DNA of 33,395 nt, from the IMG/VR virus record IMGVR_UViG_3300020045_014702, positions 1 to 33,395 of that record; one strand, written 5' to 3'. This document shows, one piece after another, positions 26,490 through 33,395 of this stretch. Within the stretch, counting starts at the first letter, position 1. Each line of letters starts with the position of its first letter. Made by a program: the position numbers and the translations under genes. Source of the stretch: a virus (lineage: Duplodnaviria; Caudoviricetes). The notes under the pieces were generated by a model. It made no database searches. It was not told where the DNA came from and saw nothing but the letters and a program-made list of their open reading frames with translations.

Positions 26490-26583
26490 TAAAAACAACG
26501 GTGAGGTTCTGAGCTTTTATCCTCCTTGCTATTCTGGGTAACCTTTTGAATTTTCCCACACACCCTTTAGGAAATTGTTTTTA
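26490..26583 (-). ncRNA. Unassigned structured RNA B (same topology as RNA A)
   Basis: Closing stem TAAAAACAA/TTGTTTTTA; hairpin TTTCCTA/TGGGAAA whose loop GGGTG can pair with TACCC; AATAGCAA then GAGG-ATAAAAGCTCAGAA-CCTC. Confidence 0.65.
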
Positions 26584-26584
26584 G

Positions 26585-26690
26585 AAAGGAGAAACGGATT
26601 CGAACCGTTGACCTCTGGTCTTACCCAGCGCTCTATCCGTTCGACAATTGCTTTAGTCATCGCACTGTCGGGTATCTGAGCTATCTCCCC
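26585..26690 (-). ncRNA. tRNA-like RNA with hairpin insertion in the D-loop and shrunken anticodon arm
   Basis: Acceptor GGGGAGA/TCTCCTT; D-stem GCTC/GAGC enclosing 44 nt; anticodon arm CTGG-GTAAGA-CCAG; intact T-arm AACGG-TTCGAAT-CCGTT. Confidence 0.75.
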
Positions 26691-26699
26691 TTATCTCTC

Positions 26700-26778
26700 G
26701 AGAGGAGTCTAATCCTCTCTTCACTTACAAATAAATTGATCGCCTCTCTAGTAAACCAATTTTAGACAATTCGTAAGC
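26700..26778 (-). ncRNA. Unassigned structured RNA C (bulge-loop kissing interaction)
   Basis: GCTTACGAAT/ATTTGTAAGT and AATTGGT/ATCAATT stems; bulged GTCTAA is complementary to the loop of GAGAGGA-TTAGAC-TCCTCTC. Confidence 0.6.
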
Positions 26779-26784
26779 AGTACG

Positions 26785-26858
26785 CTGGAATTGAGAGACT
26801 CGAACTCCCGACTTTCGACTTAACAGGCCGACGCTCTAACCAACTGAGCTAAATTCCA
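26785..26858 (-). tRNA. tRNA-Asn(GTT)
   Basis: TGGAATT-TA-GCTC-AGTTGGTTA-GAGC-G-TCGGC-CTGTTAA-GTCGA-AAGTC-GGGAG-TTCGAGT-CTCTC-AATTCCA-G; discriminator G; CCA not encoded. Confidence 0.95.
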
Positions 26859-26863
26859 AGGTT

Positions 26864-26917
26864 GTGACGATTCCCCTCTTCTACAGCATATTGGGATTGA
26901 TTTTGCCGTCTCGTCAC
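26864..26917 (-). ncRNA. Unassigned structured RNA D (single pseudoknot in a closing stem)
   Basis: GTGACGA/TCGTCAC closing stem; ACGGCA/TGCTGT crossing TCCC/GGGA. Confidence 0.6.
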
Positions 26918-26996
26918 TTTGCAGAGTTACATTTATCTACTACCAACTTAAAGAACTCCAAGATTATTCTGCCTAAGCTACATCTAATTGATTTGG

Positions 26997-27078
26997 AAGT
27001 GTTGTATTTTAAATATCAAACAAGTTATTCAGATTTCAGCTGAAACTGATGTTGTACTGATCTTGCGATCCTACACTT
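26997..27078 (-). ncRNA. Possible structured RNA at the 5' end of the RNA operon
   Basis: AAGTGT/ACACTT closing stem, GATC-GCAA-GATC GNRA hairpin, TCAG-TTTCAGCTGAAA-T-CTGA. Confidence 0.35.
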
Positions 27079-27100
27079 TTTATCGTCTCGTTTGACTTTG

Positions 27101-27143
27101 GAAAGATACTACCGTTTGATTCGATTTAGCAACAGTCGTCTGT
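27101..27143 (-). promoter_or_regulatory. Repeated phage promoter, class 2, heading the RNA operon
   Basis: ACAGACGACTGTTGCT identical to 17569-17584; TTG-N21-TATCTTTC. Confidence 0.6.
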
Positions 27144-27187
27144 TATTATTTTTCATTTATTTTCAACTACTCTTGAGAATCAGTTTG

Positions 27188-27820
27188 TTAGATATCGATA
27201 TAATCGTATTCTTTTTGGAAGTATTCGATTAGCTCCTTTATTTTGGGATCGATTACACCATCTACTATGAGATCAAACATCCTCTCTCCATACTCCTCAA
27301 TCAGTAGTAGGATCTTATTGTACCGTTTTGAATCGTGCTTTTGAGTGTAGAGTAGATCGCTTTCAAATGAATTCAGTATAATCATCTTCTCGATATCACC
27401 ACTCTCCCACGAATTATGGCAGGTTCGACAGAATAGATTGATGTTGTCTTCGTCTAACTCAAGATCCTTTCTCTGCTTTACTGAGAGGATGTGAGATTTA
27501 TCGAAACTGCTTCCTCCTACTCCACATCCCCAACAGTAGTAAACTCCATTATCAATGGCTTTTTGTTCAATTGATGCTTTGAGTTCATGTAGCTTCTTTT
27601 TTGTTTCAGCTTCGTTTGAGGTTTGTTGTTTGAGAGGTTTGAATTTTGCTCTGATCGTTCGTGGCACTTTAGCCTCTACTCTTTCAGAAGCTCTCTCTTT
27701 ATAGACTTGAGCTCTGCTCGCTCCATTATGAAGTCTTTCAAAGTTGCAATCTGAACACAACCACTTCGATCTATTTTCGATTGGTTTTGGTTTATTGCAT
27801 TTGCTGCAAGGCTCACTCAT
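27188..27820 (-). CDS. HNH nuclease with N-terminal Zn finger
   Basis: Start MSEPCSKC (TAATG overlap at 27820); CWGC...DKSHILSV...NINLFCRTCHNSW HNH core. Confidence 0.8.
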   Translation of the reverse strand: MSEPCSKCNKPKPIENRSKWLCSDCNFERLHNGASRAQVYKERASERVEAKVPRTIRAKFKPLKQQTSNEAETKKKLHELKASIEQKAIDNGVYYCWGCGVGGSSFDKSHILSVKQRKDLELDEDNINLFCRTCHNSWESGDIEKMIILNSFESDLLYTQKHDSKRYNKILLLIEEYGERMFDLIVDGVIDPKIKELIEYFQKEYDYIDI

Positions 27821-28074
27821 TACCAAGTAAATGTTGTAGGATTGGTCCAATCGATTTGAAAGAGTTGTTTGAACTCTTCATTGGCTTGCTTTGCTGTTCC
27901 TTTATAATAGATACGGAAATTCTTCCACTCTCTTTTCATTTTTGAAGCTATTTTGTATCCAATAAGATATTTACCTGGAATACCGTTAGATTTCGGTTTT
28001 ATTCCAATTAACTCCATTCTTCTTACGATTGGATTTATTTTGATTCGTCTCTTGCAACTTGTTCCTAATTTCAT
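27820..28074 (-). CDS. Hypothetical basic protein
   Basis: Operonic ORF. Confidence 0.6.
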   Translation of the reverse strand: MKLGTSCKRRIKINPIVRRMELIGIKPKSNGIPGKYLIGYKIASKMKREWKNFRIYYKGTAKQANEEFKQLFQIDWTNPTTFTW

Positions 28075-28076
28075 CT

Positions 28077-28334
28077 TTACTTCTTTTTAAACATTTCTTC
28101 GCTCCAACGATTCTTCCCGCTGTCTATCGATAATTCGTATGTATGTGTGAATTCGTCGTATTCTACGACTTTCGTTACTTTGCCACAGTATTCTCTCATT
28201 TCAGGAGAGAAACCCATTCCTACGCAAACGTAACCATTAGAACAAGCGTTAGATAGGTACCATTGTAAGGATAGGATTTGAACTTCACTTCCAATAGGAA
28301 GATTAATCCTCTGAGGAATCACTTTTGTACACAT
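28077..28334 (-). CDS. Hypothetical protein
   Basis: Operonic ORF with EMREYCGKVTKV...WSEEMF pattern. Confidence 0.6.
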   Translation of the reverse strand: MCTKVIPQRINLPIGSEVQILSLQWYLSNACSNGYVCVGMGFSPEMREYCGKVTKVVEYDEFTHTYELSIDSGKNRWSEEMFKKK

Positions 28335-28716
28335 AGTTGTTTCTTTTGTTAACTTTATCTGTAACAGATCTCCACATCTTATCTCTGAGTGAATCTGAAT
28401 TGTGATGATCGATAGTCATTTTATTCATTCTTTCAAGGCGATCTGTCTCCATATTATCAAACTCTTTAGTGAATTTGAGTTTGTATTGAGATGAGATTTG
28501 AAAGTACTCATTAATGCTCTTATAAGCAAACTCAACTCCTCTTATTATAACTCCAATAGAAACTAATATCGATCCCAAAAGGATTAGAACTCCCCAATAT
28601 GAGAAGATTATCCAAATCTTTCCCTTTGGAGTGTAGTCGCTTAAATCTGTCTCATTAATGTAGTATCCTGTTACTAGAGAATTGAGAATAAAGTAAATGT
28701 AAATTAAGTGTATCAT
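28303..28716 (-). CDS. Hypothetical membrane protein
   Basis: Two N-terminal hydrophobic segments. Confidence 0.6.
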   Translation of the reverse strand: MIHLIYIYFILNSLVTGYYINETDLSDYTPKGKIWIIFSYWGVLILLGSILVSIGVIIRGVEFAYKSINEYFQISSQYKLKFTKEFDNMETDRLERMNKMTIDHHNSDSLRDKMWRSVTDKVNKRNNYVYKSDSSED

Positions 28717-28814
28717 TTATTTTGTTTTAGTTGGTTGTGAGTATTGAGGAAACCTAGTCCAAGTCACATCTTCGTAGTAATGAGTACTTATTCCTGTGAT
28801 TGTTGAGGTGAATT

Positions 28815-29894
28815 TCATCTTACTGGTGTTAAATGTTCTGGGTTATCGAATTCTACTGTCTTACTTCCTACTCTTTCGAGTTCCTCTTTTGCCTTTCTTC
28901 TGAGAGCTAATCTCATTTTTTCTTGAATACCTGACAGAGCCATATTTTGAGGTAGAGGTTCAATGAATTCTTTCGGTTGTTTGTTTTCCATTCGATCGAT
29001 ATTCAATCTCTCTTCGACTACTTCGTGCTGTATATCCTCAATCACTTTTGTTTGTTCTGATCTAAGAATTACTCCACCAATCTCATCCTCTGTTCGTCTA
29101 CTCTTCTCCATTAACTGATTCAATTCAATCTTTTCTTCAAGAGTTAGTTTAGAGAGATCGATGTTCGGTTTTGTATTCTTTATTATCGTTGTCTCCTCGT
29201 TGTTGATGATCAATCTGAATGCTTTACGATGCATTCCTAGTAATTCTTCCTTTTGATGGAGAACTCCAAGACAATTCATGTAAGCTATGTTTTTAGCTTC
29301 TTCTCTCTTCCAATCTTCTTCGATATACCAAGGAGGAATGAAGTGTAGTAGTACTTCAATCTCTCTATCGTAACGTTGGGTGTGGATTGAGATCACTTCT
29401 GATCTCTGGATATCGTAGTCTTGTTTTATGAGTTTGTTTGCTGTGAGAGTTACTTCATCAGCAAATCTTTCGTGATATGGTTTTTTAGTGTTAGGATTGA
29501 TTTCTTCACAGATGAGTTCTCGACAAGCGTCTACACTCATTCCTGATTTGATTCGGTCGATAGTTTGATAGACCAGTCGCTCCATATTGCCATCTTTCCC
29601 TCCAACTCCTTTCTTCTCAACTTCCTCCTTTGTTGGTCTATTTTTTGGATCAACTACTTTTGGATCTTTGAGAGCCTCTCTACCGCTTCGTTTTGGTTTT
29701 TTAGCTTTACCTCTCTCACCTTTCAACATCCATTCGAATTGTCCAGAGGACAATGTTTCAGCTTGAATCTTTTCACTTTTACTGTACACTACGCAACCAG
29801 CTTGAACCTTTCCTCGATGAAGTATCCCGTTACCAAACTTCACTACTATGATCGCAGCCTCTTTCGGTAGTCGATTTTTAAATTTAGTCCACAT
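28815..29894 (-). CDS. Terminase-adjacent protein, candidate small terminase subunit
   Basis: Likely start MWTKF at 29894. Helical core and IDLSKLTLEEK motif often seen near TerS C-termini; directly after TerL. Confidence 0.4.
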   Translation of the reverse strand: MWTKFKNRLPKEAAIIVVKFGNGILHRGKVQAGCVVYSKSEKIQAETLSSGQFEWMLKGERGKAKKPKRSGREALKDPKVVDPKNRPTKEEVEKKGVGGKDGNMERLVYQTIDRIKSGMSVDACRELICEEINPNTKKPYHERFADEVTLTANKLIKQDYDIQRSEVISIHTQRYDREIEVLLHFIPPWYIEEDWKREEAKNIAYMNCLGVLHQKEELLGMHRKAFRLIINNEETTIIKNTKPNIDLSKLTLEEKIELNQLMEKSRRTEDEIGGVILRSEQTKVIEDIQHEVVEERLNIDRMENKQPKEFIEPLPQNMALSGIQEKMRLALRRKAKEELERVGSKTVEFDNPEHLTPVR

Positions 29895-29907
29895 CTCTTT
29901 TCTTTTT

Positions 29908-30963
29908 TTAAACAAACATAAAGTCAGGACTGTCGTCAATTAATAATTCTCGTACAGCCATAACAAGTGTATCGACTGCTTCGTCGTGATTACCACTTGG
30001 GAAAGATCCTAACAAATCCAAGAAATGCTCTACGTACGGACCTTGAATTAGTCGAACTCGCCTTGATTCTAAGGTTGGAGCGATTGAGTGAGCTCTTGTT
30101 ACTTTATCTTTTTCAGGATTCTCAGCTTCAATCACATTGAGTGAAGTGACTGACCTAAGTTGTTGTACAATACTCTTCCCACTTGCTTTAGGTTCAATGA
30201 ATATTTTACTTAGATGAGTGTACTGATAGCCGTTAGTGTGAATTATGATGTTTTTACACAGTTCTGGAAATTCTAACCATTTTTCTGTGAAATCCAACAC
30301 ATAGAGGAAATTGTCTTGTACAAAACACGTTAAAATACCTGTTGGATCATTTTCTGTTTTAGCTGTGTACGCTGAATCGATAAAGAAGTGTATTGGACTC
30401 TGCTCCACCTTTCTCAAAATCATTTCCGGTAATAAGATATCGAACCATGTCCGTTTAATAATTCCTCCCTCATCAGGAGATGGTCGCTGTTCGTATTGTC
30501 CAGTATAACCTCTCAACCCAAGTGTCTTTCTAAACCCACTCAAGATCATTGCTGAGAGTCGAGTAGGATCCAATAGTCCATTTACGTATTTTGTTTTTAA
30601 TTCAATAGGTTTGACTATATCGCTCGTCTCTGCTGGTAGACATATGTGTCTGTACTGTTCCGGATTCTGCTCTAAGAGAAACCCAGTCAGATCATTCTCA
30701 TGTAGTCGTTGCATGATGATGATTCTTATTCCAAGGTTGATGGGAGTGAGTCGATTGTACAGTGCTCGAGTGTAGTATTGAATTACGGCTGTACGACTAA
30801 GCTCACTCTCTGATGTCTTGGGGTTTTGAGGATCGTCGACTATACAATTATGAACTAAAACTCCATCGATGTAGTAATTGTTGTTATCTTTGACCTCTAA
30901 ATTGTATACTTCAAGATCTTTCACTTCTTCAAAGGAGATAGATCGTATTTGTTCACTTTTCAT
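29908..30963 (-). CDS. terL: Terminase large subunit, C-terminal part, preceded by split intein C-fragment
   Basis: After the 39-aa IntC: CIVDDPQ (Walker B), IIMQRLHENDLTG, GQYEQRP, IDSAY, IEPKASG and HDEAVD nuclease motifs. Confidence 0.93.
   Translation of the reverse strand: MKSEQIRSISFEEVKDLEVYNLEVKDNNNYYIDGVLVHNCIVDDPQNPKTSESELSRTAVIQYYTRALYNRLTPINLGIRIIIMQRLHENDLTGFLLEQNPEQYRHICLPAETSDIVKPIELKTKYVNGLLDPTRLSAMILSGFRKTLGLRGYTGQYEQRPSPDEGGIIKRTWFDILLPEMILRKVEQSPIHFFIDSAYTAKTENDPTGILTCFVQDNFLYVLDFTEKWLEFPELCKNIIIHTNGYQYTHLSKIFIEPKASGKSIVQQLRSVTSLNVIEAENPEKDKVTRAHSIAPTLESRRVRLIQGPYVEHFLDLLGSFPSGNHDEAVDTLVMAVRELLIDDSPDFMFV
30847..30963 (-). mobile_element. Split intein C-fragment (39 aa)
   Basis: MKSEQIRSISFEEVKDLEVYNLEVKDNNNYYIDGVLVHN followed by Cys+1: blocks F (VYNLEV) and G (VHN/C). 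Confidence 0.93.
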
Positions 30964-31897
30964 TATGGAATTTCTTTATGTGTCCAGGTAATCGACATAT
31001 TTGAAAGCTTTTATTGCAATAGGGACAGATAGTTCTCGGTCGATTCAAACTTCGTTCACTTTGTAATTGCTTTAATCTTTCTCCCTCACTACCTTCGTAA
31101 CGATCTTTCATTGTTTTGGAATTCTTCTCAGCTATGTTAGCTTTATACTGAGGATCACTCCATCTTTCTCGATTTCTCTCTGAAGCTTTAATGTGCTCTT
31201 CTTCTTTGCTCCACTTCACTTCATTCATCTTCTTTCCTGAGTCTATTGGACTGGTTTTAATTCCCTTTTTCAATAAAGATCTCTCTTTCTTTTTATCCTC
31301 AGTCCAATAGTTCTGAAATCGTTCACTAGTTTGCTTTCGTCGCTCTTCAGTCCAACTCTCGCTTCTTCTTGTCGAGATAGATTTTCTTTGCTCAATTGTT
31401 AGATTAGACCAGAATAGTTTTCTCTTTCTTGAAGAGGTTTCTTTTTGCTCAGTAGTTCGATTCGCTCTACCTATTGCACTATTTCGTAAACGTTTCTCAG
31501 CGATATGTTCTTTTCGGTCTGGATCGTTTAGAGCTTCTTGAATAGCTAATCTTCTCTTATCATAGTCTCTCGCCCAAGATTCTTTATTCTGTACACTTGA
31601 TCTTTGCGATCGAGCTTCTTTATCTTGATACAATTTCCACCACTCACCGTCCTCTCCTCCTTCTGAGAGATTGTAACCAATTCCTGGAATGTTGGCTTGT
31701 AACTTTTTAATCCACTCTCTTTCTAAATCTTTACTTTCTTGTAAAATTTCTTTTAGAAAGTTCTTTTTACCGTTTTTAGCTACACTTTGCTTTATTAATT
31801 TACCACTACCCCAATAGCGATCGAAATCTTGTTTTGTTCGACCAACGTAGAATAAACCGTTTAATTTATTGGTTATTTTGTAGATTTTATACTCCAT
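30953..31897 (-). CDS. Free-standing GIY-YIG (Seg-like) homing endonuclease between the terL halves
   Basis: YKIYKITNKLNGLFYVGRT, YWGSG, NFLKEIL, LEREWI and GYNL motifs; helical W-repeats; C-terminal CPYC...H...H Zn finger. Confidence 0.9.
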   Translation of the reverse strand: MEYKIYKITNKLNGLFYVGRTKQDFDRYWGSGKLIKQSVAKNGKKNFLKEILQESKDLEREWIKKLQANIPGIGYNLSEGGEDGEWWKLYQDKEARSQRSSVQNKESWARDYDKRRLAIQEALNDPDRKEHIAEKRLRNSAIGRANRTTEQKETSSRKRKLFWSNLTIEQRKSISTRRSESWTEERRKQTSERFQNYWTEDKKKERSLLKKGIKTSPIDSGKKMNEVKWSKEEEHIKASERNRERWSDPQYKANIAEKNSKTMKDRYEGSEGERLKQLQSERSLNRPRTICPYCNKSFQICRLPGHIKKFHNEK

Positions 31898-31934
31898 GTA
31901 ACTATTTGTTGATGAGTTATAAAAGTATGACTTT

Positions 31935-32228
31935 TTAATCTTTCAGTAAAACGTTATCAGTTATTAGAAGGTCTTTAGCTTGAAGCCAACCTCGGTTAGT
32001 AGTGTAGATTGGGTGCTCTTCTGTGCAGATTATTTTTCTTGTCTCTGTCTCGATAACATACAGTCGACCAGTGTAGTTTGATTTCAAGTAGTGTGTGATT
32101 GGTTTGAGTTCTACATTTTTCTCCTCTTCGTTGTAAGAATCAATCAGTACATCTAATTGTCTTTCTACAACATCAGCTATATCGAGCTCTCCTTCGCTTG
32201 TAGAAATCATCTGCCCTTTGGGAAAGCA
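31935..32228 (-). mobile_element. Split intein N-fragment (97 aa)
   Basis: CFPKGQMIST (block A), ICTEEHPIYT (block B TxxH), RGWLQAKDL, then stop. Confidence 0.93.
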
Positions 32229-32771
32229 AACTGTACCCTTGTGACCAGTAATGTTCGATCCGGTCGTCTTAGATAGTCTAAAACCACCCTTGTCGTTCAT
32301 AAAGTAACTCTTACTGTCAGCGTCGGACCGTATTTGATACAAGTGTCCAAACAACTCTTGATACTCGTCGCTCTTGATTATATCCTTTGAGTATTGGGCG
32401 TTTAGAAGCGATAAGTCTTCGTCGAACGAGATAGAGATCATCGGTAGCGACGGTTGCTTTATCCACATCCATGCTAGGAGCGACACTGACGTGATGAGCG
32501 ACTTGGAAGTACGTGGGGGGATGTTAACAATTAGGTCGGTAGTCCTTTCCTCTTTTCTAATGATTCTCTCAATCTCAACTTGGTATAAATCACATAGATA
32601 GTGAATATGAAAGGTGTCCTCAAACTTCTCGTTAGGGAACAAAATTAAGAAGCTCCAAACGAAAAATTCGTAGTACGATTCGGTGAAGATTTGTCGTTTT
32701 AACTCGAGCTCGAGTTCTCTGTCGACTAGAGAATAATTTTTATCTGACATTGTTTTCTGGAATTCTACCAA
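31935..32771 (-). CDS. terL: Terminase large subunit, N-terminal ATPase part, fused to split intein N-fragment
   Basis: LIVNIPPRTSKS Walker A and GSNITGHKG. Start is TTG 32771 or ATG 32750. Confidence 0.92.
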   Translation of the reverse strand: MVEFQKTMSDKNYSLVDRELELELKRQIFTESYYEFFVWSFLILFPNEKFEDTFHIHYLCDLYQVEIERIIRKEERTTDLIVNIPPRTSKSLITSVSLLAWMWIKQPSLPMISISFDEDLSLLNAQYSKDIIKSDEYQELFGHLYQIRSDADSKSYFMNDKGGFRLSKTTGSNITGHKGTVCFPKGQMISTSEGELDIADVVERQLDVLIDSYNEEEKNVELKPITHYLKSNYTGRLYVIETETRKIICTEEHPIYTTNRGWLQAKDLLITDNVLLKD

Positions 32772-32904
32772 ATTTCTTAAAATTTAACTACTCGATCTTC
32801 ACTCTACTACGCTCTCTAACTCTTTCAATATCAACTCCTTACGATCTCCTCTACTACAATCTTTGATAGTTACTACGCTTTCAATAGCTTAATACTACAC
32901 TTCC

Positions 32905-33132
32905 CTACAGTTCTTTCAAATCGCTCTCCTCAATAGGTGATAACCGATTAGTCATAACATCCCACTCTGACTCTTTTCCTCTAACTGTTGTGAAGAGTTT
33001 ACCTGGAGTTTGTCTTACTACTGTGACTTGAGATCGGTTGCTTCGATCTCGATCTAACCAAACGATACTTCCTTCTTTGTATTCTGCTCGCAATCGATTA
33101 TTTGATTCCATGTTGCTATTTTTCTTTTTCAA
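32905..33132 (-). CDS. Hypothetical protein, SH3-like
   Basis: Co-oriented short ORF with WDVMTNRL motif. Confidence 0.55.
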   Translation of the reverse strand: MKKKNSNMESNNRLRAEYKEGSIVWLDRDRSNRSQVTVVRQTPGKLFTTVRGKESEWDVMTNRLSPIEESDLKEL

Positions 33133-33137
33133 TAAGT

Positions 33138-33344
33138 TTATTCTTTCGGTAGTGGAGGTAGCTCGAAATAGTGAGTGACTACTCCTGGTTTTACGATTGA
33201 TGGTAGTGAGAAGAATAATCCTTTTAACTTTCCTTGGCCGGTGAGAGAGTTCGGTCCTCCATACCAGATTTCTTCTTCAATAAAGTGTACATGTGCTAAT
33301 TGAACTTCTTTAGCTTTACCGTAAGGAGTGTAGTCGAGAATCAC
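33138..33344 (-). CDS. Hypothetical protein (start uncertain)
   Basis: C-terminal VTHYFELPPLP resembles the DUF551-type THWMPLP motif. Confidence 0.5.
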   Translation of the reverse strand: MILDYTPYGKAKEVQLAHVHFIEEEIWYGGPNSLTGQGKLKGLFFSLPSIVKPGVVTHYFELPPLPKE

Positions 33345-33395
33345 TAATACATCACTTCCTATCTTTGGTTGGTTTTCTTTTGTTAGAGGTATCCA

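Noticed and set aside
26526-26535. AATAGCAAG resemblance to the Cas9 tracrRNA/sgRNA scaffold
   Set aside because: The match is too short, with no anti-repeat or nexus context and no CRISPR locus in the window.
25978-26917. Assignment of the small RNAs to known ribozymes (HDV-like theta, pistol, twister, hammerhead)
   Set aside because: The position behind tRNA 3' ends is suggestive of theta ribozymes, but I could not fit the helix order or conserved catalytic nucleotides of any of these classes by eye. A covariance-model search is needed to exclude them properly.
26921-26972. Additional small RNA closed by GCAGA/TCTGC
   Set aside because: Only a 5-bp closing stem and no convincing internal structure; left unannotated although it lies within the RNA operon.
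818-32601. All plus-strand ORFs in the six-frame track (e.g. 1377..1673, 3291..3605, 10388..10732, 15033..15419, 19995..20339, 29565..29870)
   Set aside because: They are antisense shadows of well-supported minus-strand genes, have no recognisable motifs, and break the uniform gene orientation.
9856-32907. Stop-codon reassignment (TAG or TGA) as in some Bacteroidota phages
   Set aside because: Conserved genes are full length in the standard code, TAG and TGA end genes at sensible boundaries, and no suppressor tRNA was seen.

Overview
A 33.4 kb segment of a large tailed phage genome with essentially all genes on the minus strand. The head module is Herelleviridae/SPO1-like: portal, MuF, prohead protease-scaffold, major capsid protein and neck genes. 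The host is probably a Bacteroidota species, judged from TTG-N20-TAnnTTT promoters, A-rich leaders without obvious Shine-Dalgarno motifs and a captured ferredoxin fragment of the kind found in anaerobes. In transcription order (right to left) the window holds: (1) a large terminase gene fractured into two ORFs, carrying a naturally split intein with a free-standing GIY-YIG endonuclease between the halves; (2) a ~1.1 kb non-coding operon with tRNA-Asn, an aberrant tRNA-like RNA, a tmRNA with a 26-residue tag, and several small pseudoknotted RNAs I cannot assign, three sharing a structural module; (3) accessory and DNA-metabolism genes (SF2 helicase, DEDDh exonuclease, RNase H, DUF2786) with duplicated promoter cassettes; (4) the head operon, interrupted by a lysis cassette, a ferritin, a Nudix-ParB fusion, a second GIY-YIG endonuclease and three proteins sharing an N-terminal leader that ends in a putative prohead-protease site. 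All calls come from reading motifs by eye; no database searches or folding programs were run.
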